NCBI GenBank assembly: GCA_003142375.1
Contig: PLME01000020.1
Location: 42,765 to 106,764, forward strand
DNA from: Dehalococcoidia bacterium
Lineage (GTDB): Bacteria > Chloroflexota > Dehalococcoidia > GIF9 > UBA5629
DNA: 64,000 nucleotides
Direction of reading: 5' to 3'
Shown here: positions 54,570 to 63,287 of the stretch, one piece after another
Layout of the letters: each line of letters begins with the position of its first letter
How positions within the stretch are numbered: position 1 is the stretch's first letter
Made by a program: the position numbers and the translations under genes
The notes under the pieces: model-generated
The model's input: the letters and a program-made list of their open reading frames with translations, nothing else
What the model was told of the DNA's origin: nothing
The model's database searches: none

Positions 54570-55676
54570 ATGAGAAAAGGTAATCATTTTTATGGCAGAA
54601 CAGGCATCGTGATAGCAGTATTACTACTATTGATTACAGTTATTTTGCCTAGCAATATTCAGGCTCAAACATTAGATACGCATGATGCTTACATTTACCC
54701 AATAAATGGTGGAACACCAAGATGGCAAGCTTTTACAACTCATGATGAAATGCTAAAAGCCTGTCAAATACCCGAAGGTATACTAAGTACGATGTCTACC
54801 TCAGGTTTAGTAGAAACAGTTTTAAATTATCCCCTATATGAAGACTGGCTAGCATATGATAGTCCACAACAAGGTTTTGAAGCAATTGAGAGCCAATTCA
54901 ATGGTCTCTCAGAGCTCATGCAACGCACTGATGCAGGATCTGAACTACTATCGCAGTATCAAGATACTAAGGTGCTAGACATAAAAGACTCAATAAATGT
55001 GGTGACAAAAAATGATCCTTTCAGCGTCGCGAATATTGAACTAATCTTAATCCAAGATAAGATCCTGAGCGAATTGACACAAACTCAAATGAATAGTCTT
55101 GTAAATGCAGCCAGAATAAAATATCAAGCTAAACAGCAATCAGCAGTATACGGACAATTCAATTTAGAAATTACTTCCAACCTAATTGAGCAGACATCAC
55201 AACGGTCTCACTCATCACGAGAATACAATAGTTATGTGTACACCCCTCACGGCACCGCAGTATCAGTTATAGTTGATCGAACTGAAATGTCTCAATCAGA
55301 AAAAAATGCCGACATTGCTTGGGTACAAACATATTATCCTAATGCAATGATTGTAAGTGGACCCACAAATAAATATAATTGTCATTCTTATGCCTGGTAT
55401 TACCAGTCATCTTCCAATATTGACTGGATGAATGATCCAAGTGCATACTGGACTGATGGAAGTTATACACAAATTTACAATTATTACTCTGATGGGACTA
55501 AAATGCGATATGTGAACGGAGCGCATTCTGCAATTGTGTCTACATATTACCGAGGACCCTATACACCCCCTTATGATTACTATACGACTATTTCTAAGTG
55601 GGGAGCTCTTTGCCTAGTAAGACATTGGGCAAGTTATTGTCCCTATAATTCTTCCCCAATCTATTATTACCATTAG
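54570..55676 (+). CDS. Secreted two-domain protein: N-domain paralogous to the 56624..57418 product, C-terminal Cys-His domain (YNCHSYAW...AHSA...SKWG)
   Basis: AAGGAG lies 6 nt upstream of the ATG at 54570, and there is a signal/anchor helix. The N-domain DAYIYPINGGTPRWQAFTTHDEMLKACQIPE...GLVETVLNYPLYEDWLAY is about two-thirds identical by eye to the neighbouring gene. The C-domain blocks are shared with the 43299..44717 protein. Confidence 0.7.
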   Translation: MRKGNHFYGRTGIVIAVLLLLITVILPSNIQAQTLDTHDAYIYPINGGTPRWQAFTTHDEMLKACQIPEGILSTMSTSGLVETVLNYPLYEDWLAYDSPQQGFEAIESQFNGLSELMQRTDAGSELLSQYQDTKVLDIKDSINVVTKNDPFSVANIELILIQDKILSELTQTQMNSLVNAARIKYQAKQQSAVYGQFNLEITSNLIEQTSQRSHSSREYNSYVYTPHGTAVSVIVDRTEMSQSEKNADIAWVQTYYPNAMIVSGPTNKYNCHSYAWYYQSSSNIDWMNDPSAYWTDGSYTQIYNYYSDGTKMRYVNGAHSAIVSTYYRGPYTPPYDYYTTISKWGALCLVRHWASYCPYNSSPIYYYH

Positions 55677-55690
55677 ATACTAAATTTAAA

Positions 55691-55739
55691 CTATGGAAGC
55701 TGCTGTAATACAATAGTTTTTTTCAGGCAGCTTCCATAG
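55691..55739. terminator. Bidirectional terminator hairpin between convergent island genes
   Basis: ctatggaagctgc ... gcagcttccatag, with a T-run in the loop region. Confidence 0.6.
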
Positions 55740-55803
55740 AATCAATTATCTTATAAGCAACGGCCTACTTGCATAAAGGAGGGAAGGGAGTATAGCAGAT
55801 TAT

Positions 55804-56613
55804 TCAATGGGATAAATTAATTATTTCAATTTCCCCCTTGTGATTATCTATGATATTGGGATGCTGTGGAGAAGGCGGTGGGTAATTCTGGAACTCAATT
55901 GCAATGTCTTTTTTAACAAAGGTATAAATTTCTTCGATTGAAACCTCGCCATCATTATCAATATCCACATTATTTAAGTGGTCAAATGAATTCAAAATAT
56001 AATATGTGAAAATTCCATGTTCATACTTTTTTTCTTGCCAACATTTTTCGTTCCCCATCCCACCAGTAAGTATTACTCGATTTGTACCACTAATTTTAGT
56101 ACCATAGTTTCCACTTTCGCAGGAATCCAATAGGATAGTGATATTATTCGTGTCTAAATCATCTAGCCAAGTATTTAAATCCTGGTAACCAATATCATTG
56201 CAATTAGAATTCTTTAATGAATCATACATTTCTAGGAATGCAGAATTCCCATGCCCCGCAAAAAATAACAAGACTGTGTCATTTTTCTTCTCTTTAGGAT
56301 TTAACCATTCAGCTATAGCCATTTTGATGTTTTCTTCAGTGGCATCCGAATCAACAAGTGTCTTGATATGATCATAACCAAAAAAGTATTCTAGTTGTTT
56401 TGAAATAGCTAAAGCATCCTTATTTGCATAACGAGTATCTACATCCAAGTATTTATAGTTACCTATCCCAATTATTATCGCCCATTTGTTGGACTGACTT
56501 AAGGAATCAGTTTGTATTTGAAAACGATCAGCTAAGCCGGTAATAAGACAGAGGCATAAAATTAATCCCAAAGTTATCAATAAAAAAACACAAATATTTC
56601 TCTTTGTTATCAA
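55804..56613 (-). CDS. Secreted/anchored clan CD (caspase/legumain-like) peptidase with C-terminal EF-hand
   Basis: KWAIIIGIGNYKY is followed by His-Gly in LLFFAGHGNS and Cys in ILLDSCESGNYG. There is a canonical 12-residue EF-hand loop DIDNDGEVSIEE and an N-terminal hydrophobic helix. Confidence 0.75.
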   Translation of the reverse strand: MITKRNICVFLLITLGLILCLCLITGLADRFQIQTDSLSQSNKWAIIIGIGNYKYLDVDTRYANKDALAISKQLEYFFGYDHIKTLVDSDATEENIKMAIAEWLNPKEKKNDTVLLFFAGHGNSAFLEMYDSLKNSNCNDIGYQDLNTWLDDLDTNNITILLDSCESGNYGTKISGTNRVILTGGMGNEKCWQEKKYEHGIFTYYILNSFDHLNNVDIDNDGEVSIEEIYTFVKKDIAIEFQNYPPPSPQHPNIIDNHKGEIEIINLSH

Positions 56614-56623
56614 GTGTTTTTTC

Positions 56624-57418
56624 TCAATTCATCTGCTTCTCATTCAAATATTGTGGTGCTTGAGACAATATTAGGTTTAAGTCTGAATCATTTAAAAATG
56701 AACCGGTATCAAGGAAATGCTGGAGATCTGCGTCAGTTTGGATTATTTGCATGAAAGATACAAACTGGGCCTGTTTTAATGCTTTACCTATTACCCAGGC
56801 GGAACTTTCCATGCTACCCCAACCGTAAACACTTGGGACCTGTTGTTTAGCATGAATTTTAATCAAGCCCTGTTTAATTAAATCGTTATGCTGTGTTTCA
56901 CTAAGATTAGTCAGAATAGAATCTTGTGCGAGTAATATTTCAATATTCTGGAAACTCATGGAGTAAAACCCCCGTTTTTCCGATGACCAATCTTTCCCGA
57001 TTGCTGCAGGATCCATGGTCTTGTATCTTTCTAGAAGCTTTTCTCCGGCGTCTTTCCTATTCAACAATTCTCGAATACCATTGAATTGGGTTTCTATAGC
57101 GTCAAAACCTTGTTGTGGATAATTATATGCGAGCCAGTCTTCATAAAGAGGATAAGTTAAAACGGTTTCTACCAAACCAGTGGTCGACATCTTGTTTAGT
57201 GTAATCTCGGGTACCTGACAAGCTTTGAGCATTTCATCGTGATTTGTAAAAGCTCGCCATTCCGGTGTTCCAGGCTTTATTGGATAATCATATGCATCAG
57301 ATTTTTTAAAATTTAATGGCATCTCTGCGCAAGACATAAACACTAAGGGTAAAAATAAAAAAGCTAGTAAATAATTAAATATCCAATGCTCGGAGGTTAC
57401 TTTGCTTTTATGTCCCAT
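56624..57418 (-). CDS. Secreted (lipoprotein-like) protein paralogous to the N-domain of the 54570..55676 product
   Basis: DAYDYPIKPGTPEWRAFTNHDEMLKACQVPE...GLVETVLTYPLYEDWLAYNYPQQGFDAIETQFNG matches the neighbouring gene. The ATG is at 57418 and a signal helix ends in MSC. Confidence 0.7.
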   Translation of the reverse strand: MGHKSKVTSEHWIFNYLLAFLFLPLVFMSCAEMPLNFKKSDAYDYPIKPGTPEWRAFTNHDEMLKACQVPEITLNKMSTTGLVETVLTYPLYEDWLAYNYPQQGFDAIETQFNGIRELLNRKDAGEKLLERYKTMDPAAIGKDWSSEKRGFYSMSFQNIEILLAQDSILTNLSETQHNDLIKQGLIKIHAKQQVPSVYGWGSMESSAWVIGKALKQAQFVSFMQIIQTDADLQHFLDTGSFLNDSDLNLILSQAPQYLNEKQMN

Positions 57419-57522
57419 ATTTTCCGACCCCCCTACAATCAACTCAGATGTTACTATTAGATGCGTTATTTGTAAAGCTAAGAATATTTATCTTACGAAC
57501 AAAAAAAGATGCACTCCTATGA

Positions 57523-57572
57523 TTTCATCTAAATTTCATTTTCATTTAATGACTTTTTCATCCTGGTAAGCT
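57523..57572 (+). promoter_or_regulatory. Island promoter element copy B: four 11-bp-phased direct repeats plus a -10-like TAAGCT
   Basis: Reads tttcatctaaa|tttcattttca|tttaatgactt|tttcatcctgg|TAAGCT, 55 nt upstream of the ATG at 57627. Confidence 0.7.
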
Positions 57573-57626
57573 AAGTTATTACTCAGTAGAAGAAATCAAA
57601 GGCAATGAAAGGAGGTATCAGGCATT

Positions 57627-58376
57627 ATGAAAGTTCCAAAGGCATGTTTCAACAATGAAGCTACCACACGTGGTAAAAATCGGGGGATACTTTTCTTTGC
57701 AGTCATCAGTCTCGTTCTTATCATGAGCGTGTTATGCATTAGCCATGTCTCAGCTCAAGACGTCAAACCAGATAATGCGGTTGGTTATTATACCGAAAAC
57801 GGCAAGGTAACTTGGATCATTCCCGGACAAGGCATCGACGTAACACAGCTTGCCGGAGCGACTCCATCCATGATTGAAAAGCTATATCCCATGACTCCTC
57901 AAGCTGAGGCTGCCATAGTCCACCAGGTACCCACTTCATCGGTCATAATCGATGGCACCCTTTATCAAGCAAAACAGATTTCCCAATTCAATGGTAAACG
58001 GCTGCGCTTCATTGCCGGTAAAGATGGCACACTAAATGCCTTCACCACACCAGAAAAGTTGGAACAGTTTCAAACAGAACAATACGGAGTAGTATCCCCA
58101 CAAACCACTACGAACTCAGTATTTTATAAAGACTGGTATTATACTGGTCAGGCACTCGGACTAACTCCGGGCAATGGTCTACCCAACCTTAATCAAATAG
58201 GATTCGATAATTATATCTCGTCTGCAGTAGCTACCACGACCGGAACTTGGTCTTATATTTATGACTATGCAAATTACGGTGGTGATTACTTTGGTATGGC
58301 CAAAGGTTCAAGTTATCCATCGCTGACTATTCAAGGCTGGAATGACAGGGCCTCATCGATCTGGGTTTATCAATAA
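57627..58376 (+). CDS. Secreted protein with C-terminal beta/gamma-crystallin-fold domain
   Basis: Has a signal peptide (…CISHVSAQD). Two Greek-key-like motifs are present: FYKDWYYTGQ...GFDNYISSAV and IYDYANYGGDYF...GWNDRASSIWV. Confidence 0.65.
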   Translation: MKVPKACFNNEATTRGKNRGILFFAVISLVLIMSVLCISHVSAQDVKPDNAVGYYTENGKVTWIIPGQGIDVTQLAGATPSMIEKLYPMTPQAEAAIVHQVPTSSVIIDGTLYQAKQISQFNGKRLRFIAGKDGTLNAFTTPEKLEQFQTEQYGVVSPQTTTNSVFYKDWYYTGQALGLTPGNGLPNLNQIGFDNYISSAVATTTGTWSYIYDYANYGGDYFGMAKGSSYPSLTIQGWNDRASSIWVYQ

Positions 58377-58404
58377 TACATTTGATTGAATAAATAGATT
58401 GAAT

Positions 58405-58443
58405 GCAATGTAGGGGCATAGTCAACTATGCCCCTACATTGCA
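58405..58443. terminator. Bidirectional intrinsic terminator
   Basis: Hairpin gcaatgtaggggcata-gtcaac-tatgcccctacattgc between convergent genes. Confidence 0.8.
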
Positions 58444-58512
58444 TTGCAGATGATTAATAGGGTCAATTCAACAACCTATTTCAGCTATAGATGGTAGGAA
58501 GTTAAATAGTGA

Positions 58513-59907
58513 CTAATCCCCAGAAGCATTGGTGATAGATGGTAAAGTTACGGTAAACAAGCTACCTACGCCGACTTCGCTCTCAACTGTAATTTTACCA
58601 CCATGATGTTCAGCGATGTTTTTGCATATGGCTAGTCCCAGGCCGGCTCCGCCATCACCACGAGAATGGGTCTTATCTACCTTATAGAAGCGTTCCATAA
58701 TATATGGTATATGCTCCTGCCGTATTCCAATCCCGGTATCTTTAATGTCAATATACGCGGTGTGATTGATGCCGCTAAGAGAAATTGCTATGGCGCCACC
58801 TGCCGGAGTATAGCGAACAGCATTGTCCAGAAGATTCATAAACAGCTCTCTCAACCTTAATTCATCTCCCTTTACCATAACGCTGGGTTCCAGATTTTGC
58901 TTAAGATTTATATTTTTCGCCTCGCAAATTACCTGCATATCTGCTGCGATGTCATTGAGCAATTCCTGCAGGTTGATTTTAACGAAATTCGCTTGCCTCC
59001 TATCACCATCACTCCTCGTTAGAACCAGTATTTTTTGTACCAGTGACGACATTCGGCCAATGTCCTGCGAGATCAGTTCGAGTGACTTTCTGTATTCCCT
59101 ACTTTTCCTTGATTTGTTTAAAGCCAATGTTGCCTCTCCCTGCATAATTGCCAGCGGAGCTTTTAAACCATGCGAGGCATCGGCAGCAAATTGCCGTTCC
59201 TTATTGAATTCTCTTTGCAAACGATCAAAGGTCTGATTCAGCGTTCTGGATAATATGCCCAATTCATCGTTATTGCGTACCGGTATCCTGCTTTCTAAGT
59301 CGTTATCTCCAATCCGTCTGGCTACTCTAGTAATATCCTCAACCGGTTTCAGAAGTTTATTTGCCAGAACATAGATCATTAAACCAGCTAGAACTATTGT
59401 TATAGGAAATGCAAAAAGGAGAACTTGGCTATATGTTCGCATTACATCAATTGAATCTGCCTTTGACTGTTCAATCACAGCGACTTCATAATTAGCCGCA
59501 TTCTCTGTTGCGGATCGCCCGTAGAACCAGAGTTCCATATCCCCCGATATATCCGAAGCGACAACTTTCTTAAGGTCAATTGTGATTGGTCCATGCGGTG
59601 TGTCAATTACATAGGGGTATGTATTGCTCAATTGCATTTCCGATATTTGGTCCCGGGTCAGACTGTACGTGGCGAGGGGCATGTACAATTGATCCAAATC
59701 ATATTGATTTGCGTTTGGTATGGACGTGCTGGCGTTTGCTGAAGTGCTGGATGCCAATGACGATAGGCTTAAAGGTTCATACACCCACTGGTACAAATTA
59801 TGAGCTAATATGAAATAGCTGAATATACTGAAGAACAATAGGATGATTGCTAGAAAAAACAAGTACCACAGACCCAATTTGACTTTTATGCCGGAAGGAA
59901 AACTCAT
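58513..59907 (-). CDS. Sensor histidine kinase (2 TM + periplasmic loop + HAMP + HisKA + HATPase)
   Basis: Has the H-box ASHGLKAPLA, N-box NLLDNAVRYT and G-boxes DTGIGI / GAGLGLAI. It overlaps the response regulator gene by 4 nt. Confidence 0.85.
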   Translation of the reverse strand: MSFPSGIKVKLGLWYLFFLAIILLFFSIFSYFILAHNLYQWVYEPLSLSSLASSTSANASTSIPNANQYDLDQLYMPLATYSLTRDQISEMQLSNTYPYVIDTPHGPITIDLKKVVASDISGDMELWFYGRSATENAANYEVAVIEQSKADSIDVMRTYSQVLLFAFPITIVLAGLMIYVLANKLLKPVEDITRVARRIGDNDLESRIPVRNNDELGILSRTLNQTFDRLQREFNKERQFAADASHGLKAPLAIMQGEATLALNKSRKSREYRKSLELISQDIGRMSSLVQKILVLTRSDGDRRQANFVKINLQELLNDIAADMQVICEAKNINLKQNLEPSVMVKGDELRLRELFMNLLDNAVRYTPAGGAIAISLSGINHTAYIDIKDTGIGIRQEHIPYIMERFYKVDKTHSRGDGGAGLGLAICKNIAEHHGGKITVESEVGVGSLFTVTLPSITNASGD

Positions 59908-60575
59908 TTTGCCCTCAGCCTGTAACCTACTCCCCTTATTGTCTGGATCAAACTTTTGTGCCTATCTTCGTCAAGCTTGGTCCGTAGCTTTTTTATATAG
60001 ACATCCACAAGATTGGAACTGCTGTCCAAAGCCATGTTCCAGACATGCTGCTCCATCACCGTCCGGGTGATCACAGCATCAGGATGCCGCATTAAGTATT
60101 CGAGAATTGCATACTCCTTGCCACTTAACTCAATGCTTTTATTTCCATGGAACACCTGTCTGGTGACCGTGTCCATTACCAAGTCACCGCATATTATTTT
60201 GGACATTGTGGGGCTCTTTTCACGCCTGAGAATTGCCCTGACTCTTGCATATAATTCTTCAAAAGAAAACGGCTTAACCATATAATCATCTGCTCCACTG
60301 TCCAGTCCTATGACTTTGTCCTGTAAGGCATCTTTACAGGTGAGCATTAAGATGGGAGTACCTACCATATTTTTACGCAACGAGCGGCATACTTCTATCC
60401 CATCTTTGCCGGGCAATATGATATCCAGTATTATCAGGTCATACGGGATGCTTTGCGCTAGTATTTCTCCTTCTTCCCCTGTGCATGTTATGTCTACAGC
60501 ATACCGGTTCTCTTCGAGTCCCTGTTGAAGGAGATCGGCCATTCGCTGCTCGTCTTCAATAATCAGAATTCTCAT
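59904..60575 (-). CDS. OmpR-family response regulator
   Basis: Has a receiver domain (MRILIIEDE, ILDIILPG, KPF) and a winged-helix output domain (LSGKEYAILEYL, RGVGYRL). Confidence 0.9.
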   Translation of the reverse strand: MRILIIEDEQRMADLLQQGLEENRYAVDITCTGEEGEILAQSIPYDLIILDIILPGKDGIEVCRSLRKNMVGTPILMLTCKDALQDKVIGLDSGADDYMVKPFSFEELYARVRAILRREKSPTMSKIICGDLVMDTVTRQVFHGNKSIELSGKEYAILEYLMRHPDAVITRTVMEQHVWNMALDSSSNLVDVYIKKLRTKLDEDRHKSLIQTIRGVGYRLRAK

Positions 60576-60600
60576 ACTACAGGAGCTTTAACCAATGGAA

Positions 60601-60650
60601 GTTCATCAAATTTTCATTTTTAATTAATGATTATTTCATCTGCATAAGAT
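60601..60650 (+). promoter_or_regulatory. Island promoter element copy C: four 11-bp-phased direct repeats plus a -10-like TAAGAT, no annotated downstream ORF
   Basis: Reads gttcatcaaat|tttcattttta|attaatgatta|tttcatctgca|TAAGAT. It starts 26 nt beyond the response regulator start codon and points away from it. Confidence 0.55.
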
Positions 60651-61047
60651 AAATTGTTTTCAGGGCCTCTTACATTACAATCATCCATAAGGTTGGTTCC
60701 TACATCTCATGGCATCTTGGCAACTATCTAAGTCACAAAAATAAACTGCGCTCACCAGGTTTCAAGAAAACCTGTTGCAGAGGCTCTGCCTGCGGCGGTG
60801 GATGCTGTGCCTTCCTCCGCGGGCCCCTTATTTATCAAATAAAGACTTGCAACCATGCACGATACTATGTTATGCCCATCGCACTTGGGGCCTGCCTTGA
60901 GCTATCCTCAAAGTCGATTAACGCGGGCTCACTGAAGAGAGATTAATATTGTGAAAATCGTAAAAGCCTCTCTTATAAGGTGGTCTTCTCCTAATTTAAT
61001 ACACAGGGATTATATTTGTCAACGGACTAGGCCGCAATAGTCCTGGA

Positions 61048-62241
61048 TCATTCACTTTTAGATATGTAGCAGCCCGAGCAGACTACGTATTGCTTGCCAT
61101 CCGAGCCGGTTACCAGCTTGTAGTAAACCGATTTATAGAAAAGGCCGATTTGGCCCGGCATGGTGAAGACATAGTCCTCCCATCCAGTGCCGTCGGCCAG
61201 CGCCCCTGAGACAATGTTGTCCCTGAAAAGCTTGCCCGCCATATCCGGCACTCCTTTGAAATTGCGGCCGACCACAGCTGGGTTATCTGCGTTGGCAACT
61301 TCAACCACCTTATTATCGAAGACGTAGACGTAAAGCGCAGGGTTCTGCTTATCAAGGTAAGGAGGCTGCTGGGCATTTATTTTGGCGATGGCGCCCGGCG
61401 CGTCGGCGACTATATCGGCGGCCGTCTGATTGACCAGTTGTATGACCGTATCACGCGAAACGCTGCTGTCTGCATATTGCGGCAGGGCATAGCTGGTAAT
61501 GATCTTCTGGTAATAGCTCATGCCCCCGGCGCTATCCTCCTTCTTTAATTCATCCAGCGCTTTTTGCCAGGCCTGCACCGTGCCGTCGGGAACCTCTTTG
61601 TTAAAGGCAATATAGAAGTCGTTCCTGACCGCATATTTGGCGGCGGTGATCTCGGCGGGATTGATACCGGCCCTGTAGGCCACGAAGGGCATCCCAAGTG
61701 CCGGCCCCAGCCAGGCCTCGACCTGCCCGTTAACCAACTTCTGGATACACTGCGTGTCATTTTCGTTTATATCCAGGTTGGTAAAGCCCTGCCCGGATAA
61801 AAATACCTGGTTGGAATCGTCCTTGTAGACGGCTATAGATTTCAGTTTTTTAGCATCATCCAGTGAGTTGATAACCAGGTCCGAGCCACGCCTCGTGTAG
61901 AAATAGTTATCGTCGAAGCCGATGGGACCGACCCATTTAAAAAGGTTCTCGCGGGAGGGCAAACGCGTGGTGGAATACAGCACTGCGCCCGGTTCTTTCT
62001 GAGCCAGCTCATAACCCTGCGACCAGGGCATAAGCTCGATAGAAGCATCGCTGCCGGTCTTCCTCAATATCTGGCGGACGATCTCAGTGGACTGTCCCGT
62101 AATAGTTCCCTTTTCATCGGTAAAATTATAGGGCGGATTATCTTCGGTGATGATGCGCAGTTTGGGGGCTGGGATATTGACCACGCAGCCCGACAGCAAT
62201 ATCAGGACGGCCAGCACCAGACCCATTACATTCTTCAACAT
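61048..62241 (-). CDS. Lipoprotein with family-3 solute-binding domain fused to a Cache-like sensor domain
   Basis: Has a lipobox (LLSGC). The N-terminal half resembles the SBP_bac_3 pattern (PPYNF.D..G...G...E......). The C-terminal half is Cache-like (YVYVFD..V.VAN......G.NF....D..G.....................GW.DY.F.....). Assignment is by eye. Confidence 0.6.
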   Translation of the reverse strand: MLKNVMGLVLAVLILLSGCVVNIPAPKLRIITEDNPPYNFTDEKGTITGQSTEIVRQILRKTGSDASIELMPWSQGYELAQKEPGAVLYSTTRLPSRENLFKWVGPIGFDDNYFYTRRGSDLVINSLDDAKKLKSIAVYKDDSNQVFLSGQGFTNLDINENDTQCIQKLVNGQVEAWLGPALGMPFVAYRAGINPAEITAAKYAVRNDFYIAFNKEVPDGTVQAWQKALDELKKEDSAGGMSYYQKIITSYALPQYADSSVSRDTVIQLVNQTAADIVADAPGAIAKINAQQPPYLDKQNPALYVYVFDNKVVEVANADNPAVVGRNFKGVPDMAGKLFRDNIVSGALADGTGWEDYVFTMPGQIGLFYKSVYYKLVTGSDGKQYVVCSGCYISKSE

Positions 62242-62435
62242 CTTCGCCTCCCATCGGTTAGAGTTATTCCCTTGCGAATTATCGCAACATCTTCACATAT
62301 TTGCAGATTTGATATATTATAGCTAATATTGATTGACCGATTATGCAATAAGAAGTGTCCCTTCCCCCCTGTTTTAAGCCTGCCGGACTATACCGTCGGC
62401 CTAACAAAATATAACCGTATTAAGAGGATTTTGCA

Positions 62436-63104
62436 ATGACAGTAAGAAAAAAGAAGACAGTCGTGCTAAAGCCGTCGGGCAGGGGCGCCCGGCTTAACCG
62501 CACGCAGAAGGGCAAGCAGATCGCAGCCATCAGGAAGAAGCAGATAACCGGGGCCGCTTACGAGGTCATTGCTGAAAAGGGATATTACAACTTCACCATG
62601 ATGGATATCGCCAGGCGGGCCGGCGTTTCCTCCGGCCTGATACACCATTATTTTAAAGACAAGGAGAACATGCTTGTAACACTTCTCAGGGAAATGCAGC
62701 AGGACATCCGCACTTCACTGGAAAAAACCATCGAGCACGTGCCCGACCCGGCTAAAAAACTGGATATATTCATGGACCAGGCCTTCGACCTGGTGATCAA
62801 GGAAAGGGAATACGTCTACGTAACCTACGATTTTATGACCCAGATCAAGTTCAATGAACGTATGCAGCGCATCCTCAGTAAGCTATACCGCGGCTACCGC
62901 GAAACGCTGGAATCCATCCTCAAGGAAGGCAAGCAGAAAAAGAAGTTCAAGGATGTAGATGAGCATTACCTGGCCACCGTATTTATCTCGATATTGCTGG
63001 GTTTTGAACAGCAGTACATCCTTGACAATACATCGTTCGACTACCGCTCCTACACCAGGCGCATCAAAGACTATATGTTCAGCCAGGTGCTGATCAAGAA
63101 ATAG
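62436..63104 (+). CDS. TetR/AcrR family transcriptional regulator
   Basis: Has the N-terminal HTH pattern FTMMDIARRAGVSSGLIHHYFKDKE. Confidence 0.85.
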   Translation: MTVRKKKTVVLKPSGRGARLNRTQKGKQIAAIRKKQITGAAYEVIAEKGYYNFTMMDIARRAGVSSGLIHHYFKDKENMLVTLLREMQQDIRTSLEKTIEHVPDPAKKLDIFMDQAFDLVIKEREYVYVTYDFMTQIKFNERMQRILSKLYRGYRETLESILKEGKQKKKFKDVDEHYLATVFISILLGFEQQYILDNTSFDYRSYTRRIKDYMFSQVLIKK

Positions 63105-63287
63105 TATCAATCGCCGGCATTTTACAATCCCAAACACGGTTGACGGGAACCGGTCAAATACCAGCTTTGACGTTCTTTACTTACCTGCCTGCGGAATGCT
63201 AATATATTGACGCCAATTTTCGGTCTAGTGTTCAGTCGATAAATCGGCTGCTTTTTCAGTGTAAATAGTATCTTCAGGAGGTTCACT

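Noticed and set aside
47340-60770. Calling either AT-rich block a mobile element or prophage
   Set aside because: I could not find an integrase, transposase, tRNA target, terminal inverted repeats or phage structural genes. The composition shift alone supports foreign origin but not a specific mobile-element call.
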